From Octopus vulgaris (taxonomy: Eukaryota): 64,000 bases of DNA. The translations under genes and the position numbers were made by a program. The stretch is from positions 11,036,001 through 11,100,000 of the forward strand of contig OX597828.1 in assembly GCA_951406725.2 (NCBI GenBank), in the 5' to 3' direction. This document shows, in pieces, positions 28,995-43,081 of this stretch. Under the pieces are notes generated by a model. That model worked only from the letters and a program-made list of their open reading frames with translations. It was not told the origin of the DNA and searched no databases. Position 1 is the first letter of the stretch. Every line of letters starts with the position of its first letter.

Positions 28995-31047
28995 CATTAT
29001 CATCATCATACCTGTGTTCATTTTGATATCAAGATTGATAAAGATCAACCTTACTTTTTTTTTAATTGGACCTGGGCTCGCGCCCACTAAGCAAATTTCG
29101 TATCCGTACTTATGGCATTGTGAATTTATTAAATGAGATATCTGACTGGATAAGGTATAAATGTATTATAATTAATTTTTTTTTGCATATTTTTACTATC
29201 CATAACGAGTTATAGAAATACAAGGCATCAACGATAGCGATCATGACCCGTATATTCTGTCCCCTAGCTGGTATCCTTCACCGACTTCCACTGGGCACAG
29301 AGACAGTTTTATCTGATCTCCAGTCTGCATGGAAACCTTAACGTTACAGAACGTGCTGCTAAAAATAATAACCAAGTCTACCTCATTTTCATATCCTGTT
29401 TTCTTATAAAATACGCGATACATTTAATAACTGCTGCCTGAAACAAAACAAAAACCGAATGGCCACGTTTGGAGAACTTTTGATTATAAACTTGCCTAAT
29501 CAGGTCTGACTTGATATTAAGCGAAGACATCTGGTTTCTGTTACGCATTTATTGTGACAGATCAAAACCGAAAGCTTTTCTCATCTCTTAGCTAATCTAT
29601 GCATATAAGATGAAATGTTGAGACATTTGGTATTACTTGGCACACGGTCAGATCTGATCCACAGCGTTCCAGTCGTGACCATACCAACTTATTTATCTAA
29701 TGTTATAGTATTCAGCTGTAGAGGTCCGGCACATATATCACCATGAACTTCGTACGTAGGTCCTACAATTCTACCAATTCCCAGTCCTTGATTGAGCGCC
29801 ATAATTTCGATGAAATAAGTCCAATACAAGGTAGTAGATGAAAGGAACTGTTAAAGCTGGCTGTGAAGAGGTAGCTTCACGATGTCTCTTCCTGCTTTGT
29901 TCGTTCTGACAGCAACGCCTGTCACGACACTGGTTCCAAGTTTTATCGTCTTTCCAATGGAGATCGTTGGTGACATAAGAAGAGGTGGCTTGCATACATG
30001 GGCAATTTCTAACCTTTCTCTATAAAACCTTGCTTAGGACAGCTTCTGGACAAGGAACTGTCAGGTGTAAATACTCAGCTTATAACAGATAAAAACGGTC
30101 ATATCATTCATGATCTACGTATGATGAAGTGTGAAAGATGCCGATATGTGATAAGTTGGCGCGGTGTGATATAAGGAACAACCAAATGTTTTCACATGAT
30201 ACCCAATATTCTAAACAACCAGAAAGATTCCATCAGTGCGCATCCGTTGCTTTGTACACAATTCTATTACAGTGATAGATGGGTTCTTTCGATTTTGTTC
30301 TCTTAGAGAAGGGAAATTTGAATATGAAACAATATTTTCTGTAAAATACAGCACAAATTAGAAGTGTTTCCTCTTCTTTCCCTCCAGTAAAAACTGTAAA
30401 GCATTTATCTGTAATATCAATATGAAAGCAGACAATCTCTTGCGGAGAGATAATAAAATAGAATAATTATAACTATTATCGAGTAATAATAACTATTATC
30501 GAATAACGGTAAGTATTATTATAGTATTATCAGTCGAAAATTGCCAGAAATTTCTCACTCCTTTATCAACTGCCAACATCTCACATCTCTGCCAACTTTT
30601 CGATATAATTTATCTCGTTTAAAATATATTTATACTTAACTCGTAACTCGTTACGTTTCTAGTTCTCCTCTAGTCAGCAATTTCAAGGTGAGCGATCAAC
30701 TAGAAATTAAAATGGTCGAGACAGTGAAAGAGACTCTATGTTGTTGCTCGAATTACAGGCAAATCATCCTTAACACTCTTACCCAACGGTTTTTATTATT
30801 ATTATTATTATCATTATTATTATTGTTGATGTTGTTGTTATTGTTATTGTTGTTGTTGTTGTTGTTGTTGTTTAATGCTGGCCACGTATTTGAAGTCATT
30901 AATCTTTCTTCAGTCAGCGTCATACAATAAATATTTGATGAACATAAGAAATGCCTTTAAGAGGTCGCACATCTTAGTAGAAATAGCAACTAAATTTTCG
31001 TTGAATCACGCCCTGCCGTCATATGTAGGTAAGAATGCATTTGATAA

Positions 31048-32130
31048 TATTAGGTCATCCCGTAAATAATGCATTTTTTCAATTACAGGAACTGAATGTC
31101 GGAGAGAGACGGGATGAAACTCCTGCATCAACTTGCTATAGAAGCAAGTAGTAATTTTACATTGAACTTATTTTTAGTTCTGAGTGGGTGCAGTTCGATC
31201 TTAACAATAATTTTTTGAAACCTATAATGAAAGTGAGAAAGGAGTATATTCGGCATATTTTGCTTTATGAGTTCAATAAAGGCAACAACGCAACGGAAAG
31301 TACGAGGAATATTAATGCAGTATATGGGGATCGGACAATAAGCGTAAGCTCGTGTCAACGGTGGTTCCAAAAACTCTGAGTCGGAAGCTACAGCCTAGAA
31401 GACGAGCCTCGTCCTTGAAGATCTATAGAGCTCGACGAGGGCGTCCTGCAAACCGTGGTAGAACAAAATGTTATCGTAACTGTTGAGGAACTGAAAGAAA
31501 AGCTTAAATTTCGTCATTCAACAATTCATCGACACCTGCGTGCCATCGGAAAAGTCAGCAAATTGGGTCAATGCGTTCTTCATAAAATTTCCGAGTTTAA
31601 TCACGCGCCGAGTGTGAATGTGTGTTCTTCTTTGCTTCCACGTCTCACAAATGAAACTGTTTTGGACCGAATAGTGACTGGTGACGCGAAGTGGGTTCTT
31701 AATAAAAATTTCAATCACCGAAGCCAGTGATAGGGAAAGGAGAAACACCGGCACCCCAGACTAAAGAAGGTCTTCACATAAGTTGTTATCTGTTTGGTGG
31801 GATAGGAAAGGTTTAGTGCACTTTGAACTTTTTAGCCTAAACCAAGCGATAACAAGAGATCTACTGCGAGCAGCTTGAGAGGTTTAAGTCAGCGCTAGAA
31901 GGAAAAACGAGCATATTTGGTTTAAAGACGAAAAGTGTCCTTCCATGAGGATAATGCTTGGGCACATACAGCGAGGATGACATTCCAAAGTCTGGAGCAC
32001 TTGGAATGGGAAACAATGCCCCACCCATCATATTCGCCGGAGATTGACTCAGTAGGTTATCAATTATTCCGCAATATTCAAATTTGTTAAGATGGAAAAA
32101 TGTGAATTCTATAGACGAGATCAGAACCGC
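31048..32130 (+). mobile_element. Decayed mariner (cecropia/Hsmar1-like)
   Basis: TIR tattaggtcatcccgtaaataatgc; MKVRKEYIRHILLYEFNKGNNA...QRWFQK, LDRIVTGDAKWV, HEDNA, HPSYSPE; stops and frameshifts. Confidence 0.92.
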
Positions 32131-32320
32131 AGACTGGTTGATACTGTTTAGGATTTATATTCGTATGTGTTTGGGTGAGGGGTTTGCAGCTTGGTCGCAG
32201 TGAGAAAGAGTAGGTAAATAGAATTAGAGTAAGAAAGAATGAATTAAATAGAGATTATTGAACTAATATTTCCTCGGAGATGACACCATCTCTTCATGAG
32301 GCTAGCATAACCTCTAACTG

Positions 32321-32588
<268 letters not shown>

Positions 32589-33048
32589 ATCCTCTTAGAA
32601 TATCTTCTATCAGTGTGGGTTGAAGATTTTGAATTAAGTATATAGTACTTAATGGCAGTTACAATTGCTTTTGGGAAATCTAATTTCTGTATTATCACTC
32701 TAATCACACTGAAAATGTATGCAGTTTATCAGATGCTAATGCGCAAATGAATACTTATGTGCAAATCGCAGACTGCACTAGAGAAATGATAAGAAAATGT
32801 ACGACTATCATAGAGCTGTTACTTAATACCGCTGTTTATTAGTTTCTCCGAAGAGACAGGAAAAAACTGACTGACATTTTACAGTGTATCGAAATAAATA
32901 CGTCACAGAATTTTATATACTTCAAGTATTATTTCTGATCAATTAAACTACCGGATCAAAGAAGTGGGGCTACTATGCATTTAATACTTTAATACTTTAT
33001 ATCTAAGTCTCATTAGCTTCATGGTATTTGACAATGTAGTAGGTAACT

Positions 33049-33352
33049 GTGGAGGCGCAATGGCCCAGTGGTTAGGGCAGTGGACTCGCGGTCGGAAGAC
33101 CGTGGTTTCAATTCCCAGACCGGGCGTTGTGTGTGTTTATTGAGCGAAAACACCTAAAGCTGCACGAGGCTCCGGCAGTGGGTGGTGGCGATCCCTGTTG
33201 TACTCTTTCGCCCTAACTTTCTCTCACTCTTTCTTCTTGTTTCTTGAGGAACGCTGCGATGGACTGGTGTCCCGTCCAGCTGGGCGGAGGGAACACATAC
33301 GCCAAAGGAATCGGGAAACCGGCCCCATGAGCCTGGCTAGCCGTGAAAAGAA
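33049..33352 (+). mobile_element. SINE family C
   Basis: A/B boxes; flanks taggtaact / tagttaact are a possible TSD. Confidence 0.9.
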
Positions 33353-33743
33353 GAAATAATTAGTTAACTATATAAATATTGTTCGATTGGCTTATTGATT
33401 TCGTTATTATTAGTTCCGTGTTCACATTCACATAAGTGAAACTCCATAAATTAAGAAATCAGTTTCTAGTGATCCAGTCTATCAAAATATCATTTTTTAT
33501 CTTTTTACTTAATTTAGCCATTAGACTGGAATTTGGCCATGTTGTGGCATCGCCTTGAATGGATTAAGTGAAATCTATCTCGGTGCATCATTTTAAAGTC
33601 TGGTACTTCCTCTATCGATCTATTTGCTGAATCGCTAAAGTACGAGCACGTAAAGTATCCAACGACTGTTATCAACCTGTAACGGAGACATTATTTATAT
33701 TATTTACAATTACGAATATTTTTCATCATCTTGTTTGTTGTTA

Positions 33744-33787
33744 ACACAAGATTTCGGCTGATATACCCGCCAGCCTTCATCAGGTGT
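33744..33787 (-). ncRNA. Hammerhead ribozyme motif, mirror copy with mutated stem III
   Basis: Reverse complement: acac CTGATGA a ggctg gcgggtatat cagcc GAAA tc TT gtgt. Confidence 0.6.
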
Positions 33788-33946
33788 CTTGGGGAAATTT
33801 CGAACTTGGCTTCTCATTCCTAAGGTATCTTTCGATGTTGTTGCTGTTGTTGTTATTATTATTATTATTATTATTATTTTATTATCATAACGGCAACATC
33901 GAAAAATACCTTAGGAATGAGAACCCAGGTTCGAAATTTCCCCAAG

Positions 33947-33990
33947 ACACCTGATGAAGGCTAGAGGGTATATTAGCCGAAACGTTGTGT
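33947..33990 (+). ncRNA. Minimal type-I hammerhead ribozyme motif
   Basis: acac CTGATGA a ggcta gagggtatat tagcc GAAA cg TT gtgt; palindromic aacgtt stem III. Confidence 0.8.
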
Positions 33991-34207
33991 TAACAACAAA
34001 CAAGATGAGGACAAATGTCCGTCAATTGTAAATAATGTAAATAATGTGCATAATTCCTCATTTCTTAAACATAGAACTGTACTGTTACGGAGAGATTCCC
34101 AAATACAAATATATACACAAATGCATATACACAAATATTTATCAAATCCTAGAGAACAGTCTTCAGCAAAGACAGGAAGGAAATATTGACAATATTCTTT
34201 TTTTTTT

Positions 34208-34562
34208 AGCTTCTAATCTAGGTACAAGGACCGAAATTTTGTGGGAGGAGGCCAGTCGATTAGATTGACCTCAGTACGCAGGGATGAGAGGCAAGTCGAC
34301 CGCGCTGGGATTTCAACTCAGAACGTAAATACAGACGAAATACCTATTTCTTTACTACCCACAAGGGGCTAAACACAGAGAGGACAAACCGGGACAGGCA
34401 AAGGGATTAAGTCGATTGTATCGACTCCAGTGCTTATTTAATCGACCCCGAAAGGATGAAAGGCAAAGTCAACCTCGGCGAAATTTGAACTCAGAACGTA
34501 GCGGCAGACGAAATACCGCTAAGCATTTGGCCCGGTGCGCTAACGTTTCTGCCATCTCGCAG
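34208..34562 (-). mobile_element. SINE family B, dimeric body
   Basis: One head and two body units with different tails. Confidence 0.85.
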
Positions 34563-35649
34563 CCAGAAACATTGACAGTATGTGATGGCTTAAAATGAAT
34601 CTCTTCACTGGTCTATTAATTCACAATTGAACTAAGATAGAACAACTGCAACATTAATACAATATAGATCTGTATTTATTACAAGAGTTTTCATTTGACT
34701 TTGCATCACTGACAACAGCACAATTTGAATTAGAGTAATATATATCCTTACATTTTCAAGGGGGAATCCCCAAAATGTATTTCAATTTTCTCGAGTTTTT
34801 TAAATAAAAATTAATTTAGTTACTTGATTCCCGAACGGATCATTCCTAACACAAAACTAGCCCACGCTAAGATCAGTGGTATGTGGTCACCATTTAAATT
34901 TTGTGGGGTTTCGCTGAGTGCCTAAGTTTGGATCGTGTGAAAAAAGGACTATAGATGAGAGAACACACACCGCACGCTTCCGTGAAAGGCACCGCCATCC
35001 GCGTGAAATGAAACCGTGAACACACTTTGTGACCGCGGAATGATGGAATCCAGAAGTCAATCTGATAGAGAAACGGTAGCGTTACAATTCTTTCTGTCGT
35101 ACACGATGTTTACCTACAAACGACGACGTTAGTGGATAGTCGAGAATCGTAAAATAATAACATGCAAGTAATAAAAAACACAAACCACTCCAGGATATTT
35201 GCATCTTGCTTCATTTCACTTGGAAATATATTCGTTGACGTTGTAATTTAATTTCAGCTTGAAAATGTCTGCTAACATTCAATGGATCGTTAGTTTAAGA
35301 CAGAACATTTCATTTTTCTTTTAGTATTTCAGTAGCAAGACGGCCAGTCTGAGAGATCATATATTTCACAAAACCTATTAAGTACAAAAATGTATATCAA
35401 GTTAGTGGAATTTCTTTGAAGGAAAAATAGAACCTGTCAGAGACTACAACGAAAGGTTGTCAAAAACTACCAGTAATATGCTAACCAACTGACAATGTGG
35501 AACTTCGAAGAAATGAAAAGTTAATTCTCGTGAACTGGATACTAACGGCAGATGAAATAGCCCAAAACATTTTCGTACCATCTCGTTTCTAAGGAATCAA
35601 ATTAAAGCATGTTTTGCCACTATGCTCACCAACATTCATTTGGATATTC

Positions 35650-35995
35650 TTATTTCTTTACTGCCCACAAGGGGCTAAGCATAGAGGGGACAAGCAAGGA
35701 CAGACAAGCGGATTAAGTCGATTACATCGACCCAAGTGCGTAACTGGTTCTCAATTTATTGACCCCGAAAGGATGAAAGGCAAAGTCGACCTCGGAGGAA
35801 TTTGAACTCAGAACATAACAGCAAACGAAACACCTGTTTCTTTACTACCCACAAGGGGCTAAACATAGAGATGACAAACAAGGAAAGACATAGGTATTAA
35901 GTCGATGTAATCGACCCCAGTGCGTAACTGGTACTTAATTTATCGACCCCGAAAGGCAAAGTCGACCTCGGCGGAATTTGAACTCACAACGTAAT
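35650..35995 (-). mobile_element. SINE family B, two tandem body units
   Basis: Repeated aaggggctaa...gtcgacctcgg..aatttgaactca. Confidence 0.85.
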
Positions 35996-36020
35996 TGTAA
36001 TTGAGGGATACATACATACA

Positions 36021-36139
<119 letters not shown>

Positions 36140-36314
36140 GCTTAGTAAAATAACTTACTTTGCCACATACTGAACTCATTAGAAATAGCAGCTAAAGAAA
36201 TTTCTTCAGCTATTTCTAATACTTAAAGAAGATCTCTCTCAGATAGTGCTTGCCTAGACCAACCCACAAAGGTATGGGGGAAAAAACATTAAAAAATCAA
36301 GTGCAAAGGTTATT

Positions 36315-36366
36315 TGAGAACGTACGTTTCTAGATTAGTCAATTCGACATTTCTTTCTTCAGCTCA
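36315..36366 (-). ncRNA. Type-I hammerhead ribozyme motif, copy 1
   Basis: Reverse complement: tgag CTGAAGA aagaaatgtc gaatt gactaatcta GAAA cgtacg TT ctca. Confidence 0.78.
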
Positions 36367-36871
36367 GAATTCCTTGAATCGGATTTGGGAACACTGAAAG
36401 TCGGGAGCATACCCTTTCGGCTTCTTATCACTTCTAGAATTCTGCTCGAACTAAAAGTGCTACCAAATTCGAATATGCAAGCGAAGAATTTCTGCTCTCC
36501 CCTTTCCACCAGCGTGGGTTAAAATTGACAAACACCATGTATTAACGGTGAAAACCGCATCATTTAACAGAGAAAGATGAATTATAATTTCAACAATTGA
36601 GGGTAAAATTAATTAATTATTAATCAATTTCACCAAGTATTCAGTATGTAAAGGGACCATTTTAGGCGAATTCAAAATATTACATTATATATAAGGGCTT
36701 AGTAAAATAAATTACTTTGCCACATACTGAACTCATTAGAAATAGCAGCTAAAGAAATTTCTTCAGCTATTTCTAATACTTAAAGAAGATCTCTCTCAGA
36801 TAGTGCTTACCTAGACCAACCCACAAAGGTATGGGGGAAAAAACATTAAAAAATCAAGTGCAAAGGTTATT

Positions 36872-36923
36872 TGAGAACGTACGTTTCTAGATTAGTCAAT
36901 TCGACATTTCTTTCTTCAGCTCA
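36872..36923 (-). ncRNA. Type-I hammerhead ribozyme motif, copy 2
   Basis: Identical to 36315-36366, offset 557 bp. Confidence 0.78.
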
Positions 36924-37079
36924 GAATTCCTTGAATCGGATTTGGGAACACTGAAAGTCGGGAGCATACCCTTTCGGCTTCTTATCACTTCTAGAATTCT
37001 GCTCGAACTAAAAGTGCTACCAAATTCGAATATGCATATATATATATGTATAAATATATATATATATGTATAAATATAT

Positions 37080-37315
37080 TGATAAAAATGGTAAGACAAC
37101 AAAAGAAAGAAAGAATCCTTGATATTATGTAATTAGAGGAATTTATTTGTAAATGTAATATGAGACAATTATTCGGTAGCCATGATAAAACTCCGAGTTT
37201 CGGATGCATGGCCGGATAACTGAAGAGATGGCGGCGTGGATTTCCATCACAACATCCGAAACTCGAAGTTTTATTAGGGCTACCGAATAATTGTCCCATA
37301 TTACATTTACAGATA
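37080..37315. mobile_element. Short inverted-repeat PLE terminus, same family as 41605-41700
   Basis: 37147-37205 is inverted against 37254-37313; shares ggtag..a.gataaaact..gagtttc.gatg with the PLE 3' end. Confidence 0.8.
37216..37274 (+). ncRNA. Type-I hammerhead ribozyme motif
   Basis: ataa CTGAAGA gatg...catc c GAAA ctcgaag TT ttat. Confidence 0.7.
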
Positions 37316-37476
37316 TATATATATATACTTATATATATTTGAGTAGTTGAATGAATTATCTTGTTATGGATAATTCGGTTAACCGATACCTGGGTTGCAA
37401 ATTCACATCAGAGAAGACACGTTTGAAGTTACGTGCTTTCGTGTGGAAATTTGTATGTTTTTTTTTAAATTATAAA

Positions 37477-37878
<402 letters not shown>

Positions 37879-38304
37879 TCACAGACATATACACATTTGC
37901 ACAAGAATCAAACATATACGTAATTACGTGATAGTGTCTCCGTCGGATTCATTGATGGCGTTTCAGCTTCTCGCCCAGCTGAACACCTGACTCCTTAAAT
38001 TTATGAGTATGTGGGTCAGCACTCCGCAATCAAGTGTACTCTTAGAGTAATTCTCAACACGAGACAAACTATGGAACTATTTGACAAACCTAGTACTTTG
38101 ATGTACTTGTACTCTCTAAACGGCGGGTTACGACATAGTTTCCGTCTCAACAACCGGGGTCGGCATGATGCTATTTTGAAAGTCAATCACCGGGTTCTCA
38201 CACAAGACCTCAGAATTTCAAAGTAACTTCTTCACCACTCTCACAGATAAGATAGAAACACATTTTCCGTTGACCCTGTTCCGATACAAAAGCTATACTC
38301 ATTT

Positions 38305-38706
38305 ACTCTTTTACTTGTTTCAGTCATTTGACTGTGGCCATGATGGAAACCGCCTTTAGTCGAGCAAATCGGCCCTAGGACTTATTCTTTGTAAGCCTAG
38401 TACTTATTCTATCGGTCTCTTTTGCCGAACCGCTAGGTTACGTGAAATTAAACACACCAGAATCGGTTGTCAAGCGATGTTGGGGGAACAAACACAGACA
38501 CACAAACATATACATACACAGATACACACATATATATACATATATACGACGGGCTTCTTTCAGTTTCCGTCTACCGAATCCACTCACAAGGCTTTGGTCA
38601 GCCCGAGGCTATAGTTGAAGACACTTGCCCAAAGTGCCATACAGTGGGACTGAACCCGGAATCATGTGGTAAGCAAGCTACTTACCACACAGCCACTCCT
38701 ACGCCT
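38305..38706 (-). mobile_element. SINE family A
   Basis: High identity to other family A copies. Confidence 0.9.
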
Positions 38707-40870
38707 GTATGGTAACAAAAATATACAAATAAAAGACAATCCTTCCTAGTGATGTTACAGAGCGGGATCGATATCACGACACTGTGCTACGAAGCGAACA
38801 GTCTTGCCACTCGGCCACACGAAACACATTCGCATTCTCACACACGTCTATATTTACATCCAATGTCTGGACGATAGGAGGAGACAACGACTATAGAGGA
38901 GACAATAATGAGTCTGTTGTAAATGAATTAAATATCGAAGGAGATAATTAAAAAAAAAACTAAAATAAATAAAATAAAATAACAAGCACAACTAGAAAAA
39001 AATGTATAAATAAATAAATAATACAACAGTGAACGGTATATTACGAAATGGTGAATTTCTTCTGGTTATGGCGAGAATCTGATCAACAAATGGTTTTCTC
39101 TATAAATAGTGTTGAGTTTCCAGTAAATTACTCATCATCATCATCAACATCATAATCATCATCAGCTGATTGGCCAATCAGTAGCAGACGTTTGTGTGAG
39201 TGTATGTGTGCATGTGAAGGTGCGTGCGCGCCCGCATGTGTTTGTGTGTGTCTCTATGTATATATCTTATGTGTGTGGTGTGTGTGTGTGTGCGCGCCTT
39301 GAATGTATGTAGTAACGTGCAAGCGTGTGTGTATGCTGTGATGTGTATATTAGAGTGAGTAGGCGTGCACATGAAGGTATGAGCGTGTGTGTGTGTGTGC
39401 ATAGGTCTTTGTATGGATGAATGTGCCTCGAACTGTGTGTCAGAGCCAGTCTTTGTCTGTCTGTCTGTCTGTCTATTTCTCTCTCTTCCCCTCTCACCTT
39501 CTCGCTCTCCCCCCTTCTCTCTCTGTATACGTATATTAGTGAGGGTATATGTCTGCTTATACAAATCGGTATTTGTGCGTGTGTAAATATATATGTGTGT
39601 ATGCAGACGGATATATGGGTATGTATCTATCTCTCTCTCTCTATCTCTCTCTATCTATATATATATATATATATATGTCTGTTTGTGTGTGTATGTCCGT
39701 TCAAGGCTATACGCTTGTAACTGTATATTTGTGAGTGTGCATGTGTGCATACCAATGCCTATCTGAGTGTGTGTGCGTGTATATATATATATATACATAT
39801 ATACATATACATATATATATAATTGTGTCTCTTCAATTCCTTGTATATATATAATTAGCTTCGCTCTACGTGTGTATGTGCTTAACTTTACGTCTATCGG
39901 AATGCATATATGTATCTATGTATTTATATCTATCTAGCTATCTATGTGTATATATATATAGAGAGAGAGAGATAGATATGTATATATACACACACACATA
40001 CACGCATATATACATATACGCTTATATATGCACGTATGTATGTGGTCTCTGTTTTTCTTTTACTTTTGTTTTTGTGGTTTTTTTTGTATTTTCGTTAAAT
40101 CTAGCTTTGTTCTAACAAACTCGACACGTCTTTAGTTGGCGCAAAAAGAAAGCCTAATTAATTTAATTAATTCTATACTTTAAAATAATATGAAGTGTTA
40201 AATCAAAATCAATTACAACACACACAAAAAAAAAAACCACCGCGTCCATCATTCTCAGAATCTCATAATCTCGTCCAACATCTAACACACAACACTCTTT
40301 CATATCCTTAGTTTTCCTCCTCCAGCACTTTCACTTTCACTCCCCCCTCCGCTCTTTCTCTCTATCTTTTCTCCTGTTTATCAAATGATTTTCTTCCTCA
40401 ATCGCTCTTCGTCTTTCTCGCCCTCTCTCCCAAACTCTCTCTCTCTCACTGTCTCTCTCTCTCTCTCTCTGTTTTTTTCTCGCTCTCATTTCTCCAGGCT
40501 GTCTTTATTTTATATATTTTTAACTCATCGTCTCCAACGCACATTCCGTTGTCTCACATACACGCGCACGCGTATAAACGTACACACGCTCGCCTTGGCA
40601 TACACGCACACAATGGCACAGACATTACACGAACGCACATAAACGAATACACACAAACATACACGTGCATCCGCACAGTCTTATTGCACCTTCTCAATCA
40701 ATCCGCCTCTCTCAACCATCGTTCAAATCTTTAGGCTCTTCCTTTCCTTTGTATACCTCGCCGTCGAAGTTTCAATGTCTGTTTTTCACAAAGCCTGCAT
40801 TGTCTTACATGTATAAACATATATGCACGTATATAATACACATACACACACTCACACACACATACATATT

Positions 40871-40920
<50 letters not shown>

Positions 40921-41537
40921 CTTATATGTTTATGAATCCATTTATGTATATACATGTGCAAATACCTTTACCTACGTGTATAAAATATAGACATATATGT
41001 ATATATATACATGTGTGCTAGTGCGTGTATATATTTCTGCCTCCCTATCCATCTATTTAACTATCTACTTATCTATCTATTCATCTATCTGTCTGTCTGT
41101 CTGTCTATCTATTTATCTCTTTATTTACCTGTCATCTGTTTATGTATGTATGTTACTTATAGACATTTTGGTGTATATATATATATATACAGATAGATAT
41201 AAATAGCTATATATATATATATATTTACCTATAAACAGACATACACACAGACATATATATATATATATTTATATTCAGGGCATTATATAAATGCCTCACG
41301 CCAGGAGGCATTTGGAGTAAAAACATCCATAATAAACACATTTTGTACTGACCGTGAAGGAATGCAACTCTCGAAGCGAGCCTTTTAAAAACAGATTCAT
41401 CTGCAAAACATATGATTTCATAATTAGCGCACAAAATGCACTTTTTAATCGTCAGTGCATGCATAGTCAAGATATAAAAATGAACAAAAAAATCAACACC
41501 ATATATATATATATAGATATATAGATAGATAGATAGA

Positions 41538-41608
<71 letters not shown>

Positions 41609-41630
41609 ATGTTACATTACTCGGTAGTCA

Positions 41631-41693
41631 AGATAAAACTCTGAGTTTCAGATGCCGAAGTGGAAATCCACAACACCATCTCTTCGGTTATCT
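41631..41693 (-). ncRNA. Type-I hammerhead ribozyme motif in PLE 3' pseudo-LTR
   Basis: Reverse complement: agataa CCGAAGA gatggtgttgtggatttccacttcggcatc t GAAA ctc-a-gag TT ttatct (6-bp stem I). Confidence 0.78.
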
Positions 41694-41896
41694 GGCTATT
41701 TGAAAACGTTATGAAAAAATACCGTTAAATATAGGGAAATTACTCTGTTATAACTCTGCTTGCCTGCGTACTTATACATCGCTCGCATTTTTCGTCATAA
41801 AAATTATGTAAAAATTATATAAAAATTCATAAAAAATATATAAAAATATATAAAAATATATAGATTCTTCTTGGGACATAACATAGAAAGCATGTT

Positions 41897-42529
41897 CTAT
41901 CTGTTTTCTTTAGGGGACCAAAAACGTAACAGAAATTTAGTCACATGTGGGCATGATCCGAAAAGCTCTGTCCTTGTATTTAGACATGTAGTAGGGTCTA
42001 AGCTGCTTTTCCAGATAAGCCATCTCTCCATGTCGCATAGACTGCACCTTCCGCTGCCGTTAGTATAGGGCTTACATCTGGCCAAAATCTTCCATTGTAT
42101 GTTATAATCGACACCTTTATCTCTTAAAGACCAAATACGATTAGATAATTGTGTCGCTTTTCTTTTGTTCCAGTGCCTAAAGCTCAAAGTGTGGTTATTG
42201 AACCTGGCCTTGAAATTACCCTCTGTAAGGCCCACGTATTTCTTCGTCGAAACGGTGTCTTTAGTTGTTATAGAGTTTACGGTAGCTTCATATATGATGG
42301 TCTTGGACATGCAAGCTCCATTTAGCGGGCACAATTCTTTATTCCTGCATGAACAGCTGTTTTCTTCTTGTGTTTTTTGTATGTTATGTTTGATTATGTT
42401 TTTAAAATTGGTAGTTGAACTAAAACTAATTTTTAAATTGTGTCTATTGAAGAGTTTCCTATAAGTATGGTTAACTGGAAAATGTCTATCTATCAGTGCT
42501 AGGAAATATTTACCTATATTGAAAGCCAC
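41897..42529 (-). pseudogene. PLE linker plus GIY-YIG endonuclease (open 210-aa segment of a truncated polyprotein)
   Basis: NIGKYFLALIDRHFP, CSCRNKELCPLNGAC, IIYEATV...KYVGLTEGNFKARFNNH, IQWKIL, CSLCDMER, LNTRTELFGSCPH. Confidence 0.9.
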
Positions 42530-42669
42530 CAGATGACCTTCCTATTTCTATTATTCCTTTTCCTTACTGTTGGGCTAGTGATAGGTGTATATTTTATTTT
42601 ATCGCTAAAACCACTATCTTTTAAAGCCTTATTATAAACTGGGGCAACGCTATTGAAGATGTCCTCATC

Positions 42670-43078
42670 TGTGATCTAATTGGACTTTTTCTCCTAGATA
42701 CCTTAGGTAAGACATCCCCTAACGTACATTTCGCCATCTACAAAGATGATGCCCTCGCCTTAACAGCTAATACAAATGGACCAGCACAAGATCGTTTTAG
42801 GAAGGATATTATCCAGTTAATGAAACACTTCGGACTTAGTATAACTATAGATACTAACCTGACGTTTCCTTAGATCTTAATAAGAATATTTATAAGCCTT
42901 ATAGGAAGCCCAATGATAGACTAAGTTATATTAATGTAGGTTCATGCCATCCCCCTATAGTATTCAAAAATTTAGTTAAAAATATTAGTAAGAGGATTTC
43001 TAGCCTCTCATCTGATGAGGACATCTTCAATAGCGTTGCCCCAGTTTATAATAAGGCTTTAAAAGATAGTGGTTTTAC
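42670..43078 (+). pseudogene. PLE reverse transcriptase/thumb fragment, inverted relative to the endonuclease
   Basis: CDLIGLFLL...AIYKDDALA...GLSITIDTN / YKPYRKPNDRLSYINVGSCHPP...ISKRISSLSSDEDIFNSVAPVYNKALKDSGF. Confidence 0.88.
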
Positions 43079-43081
43079 CTC

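Larger units (their letters stand above)
33689..34046. mobile_element. ORF-less inverted-repeat element (about 155-bp arms) with (TTG)/(TTA)n spacer
   Basis: 33689-33845 is the reverse complement of 33893-34046; each arm carries a hammerhead motif. Confidence 0.85.
41605..43078 (-). mobile_element. Penelope-like retroelement relic with 5' inversion
   Basis: Minus-strand GIY-YIG ORF and 3' hammerhead; plus-strand RT segment 42670-43078; (TA)n at the 3' end. Confidence 0.92.

Noticed and set aside
29770-30110. Possible ancient RTE 3' end on the minus strand
   Set aside because: Only vague motif similarity
34758-35300. GC-richer stretch resembling a DNA transposon terminus or promoter
   Set aside because: No partner TIR, TSD or ORF found in the window
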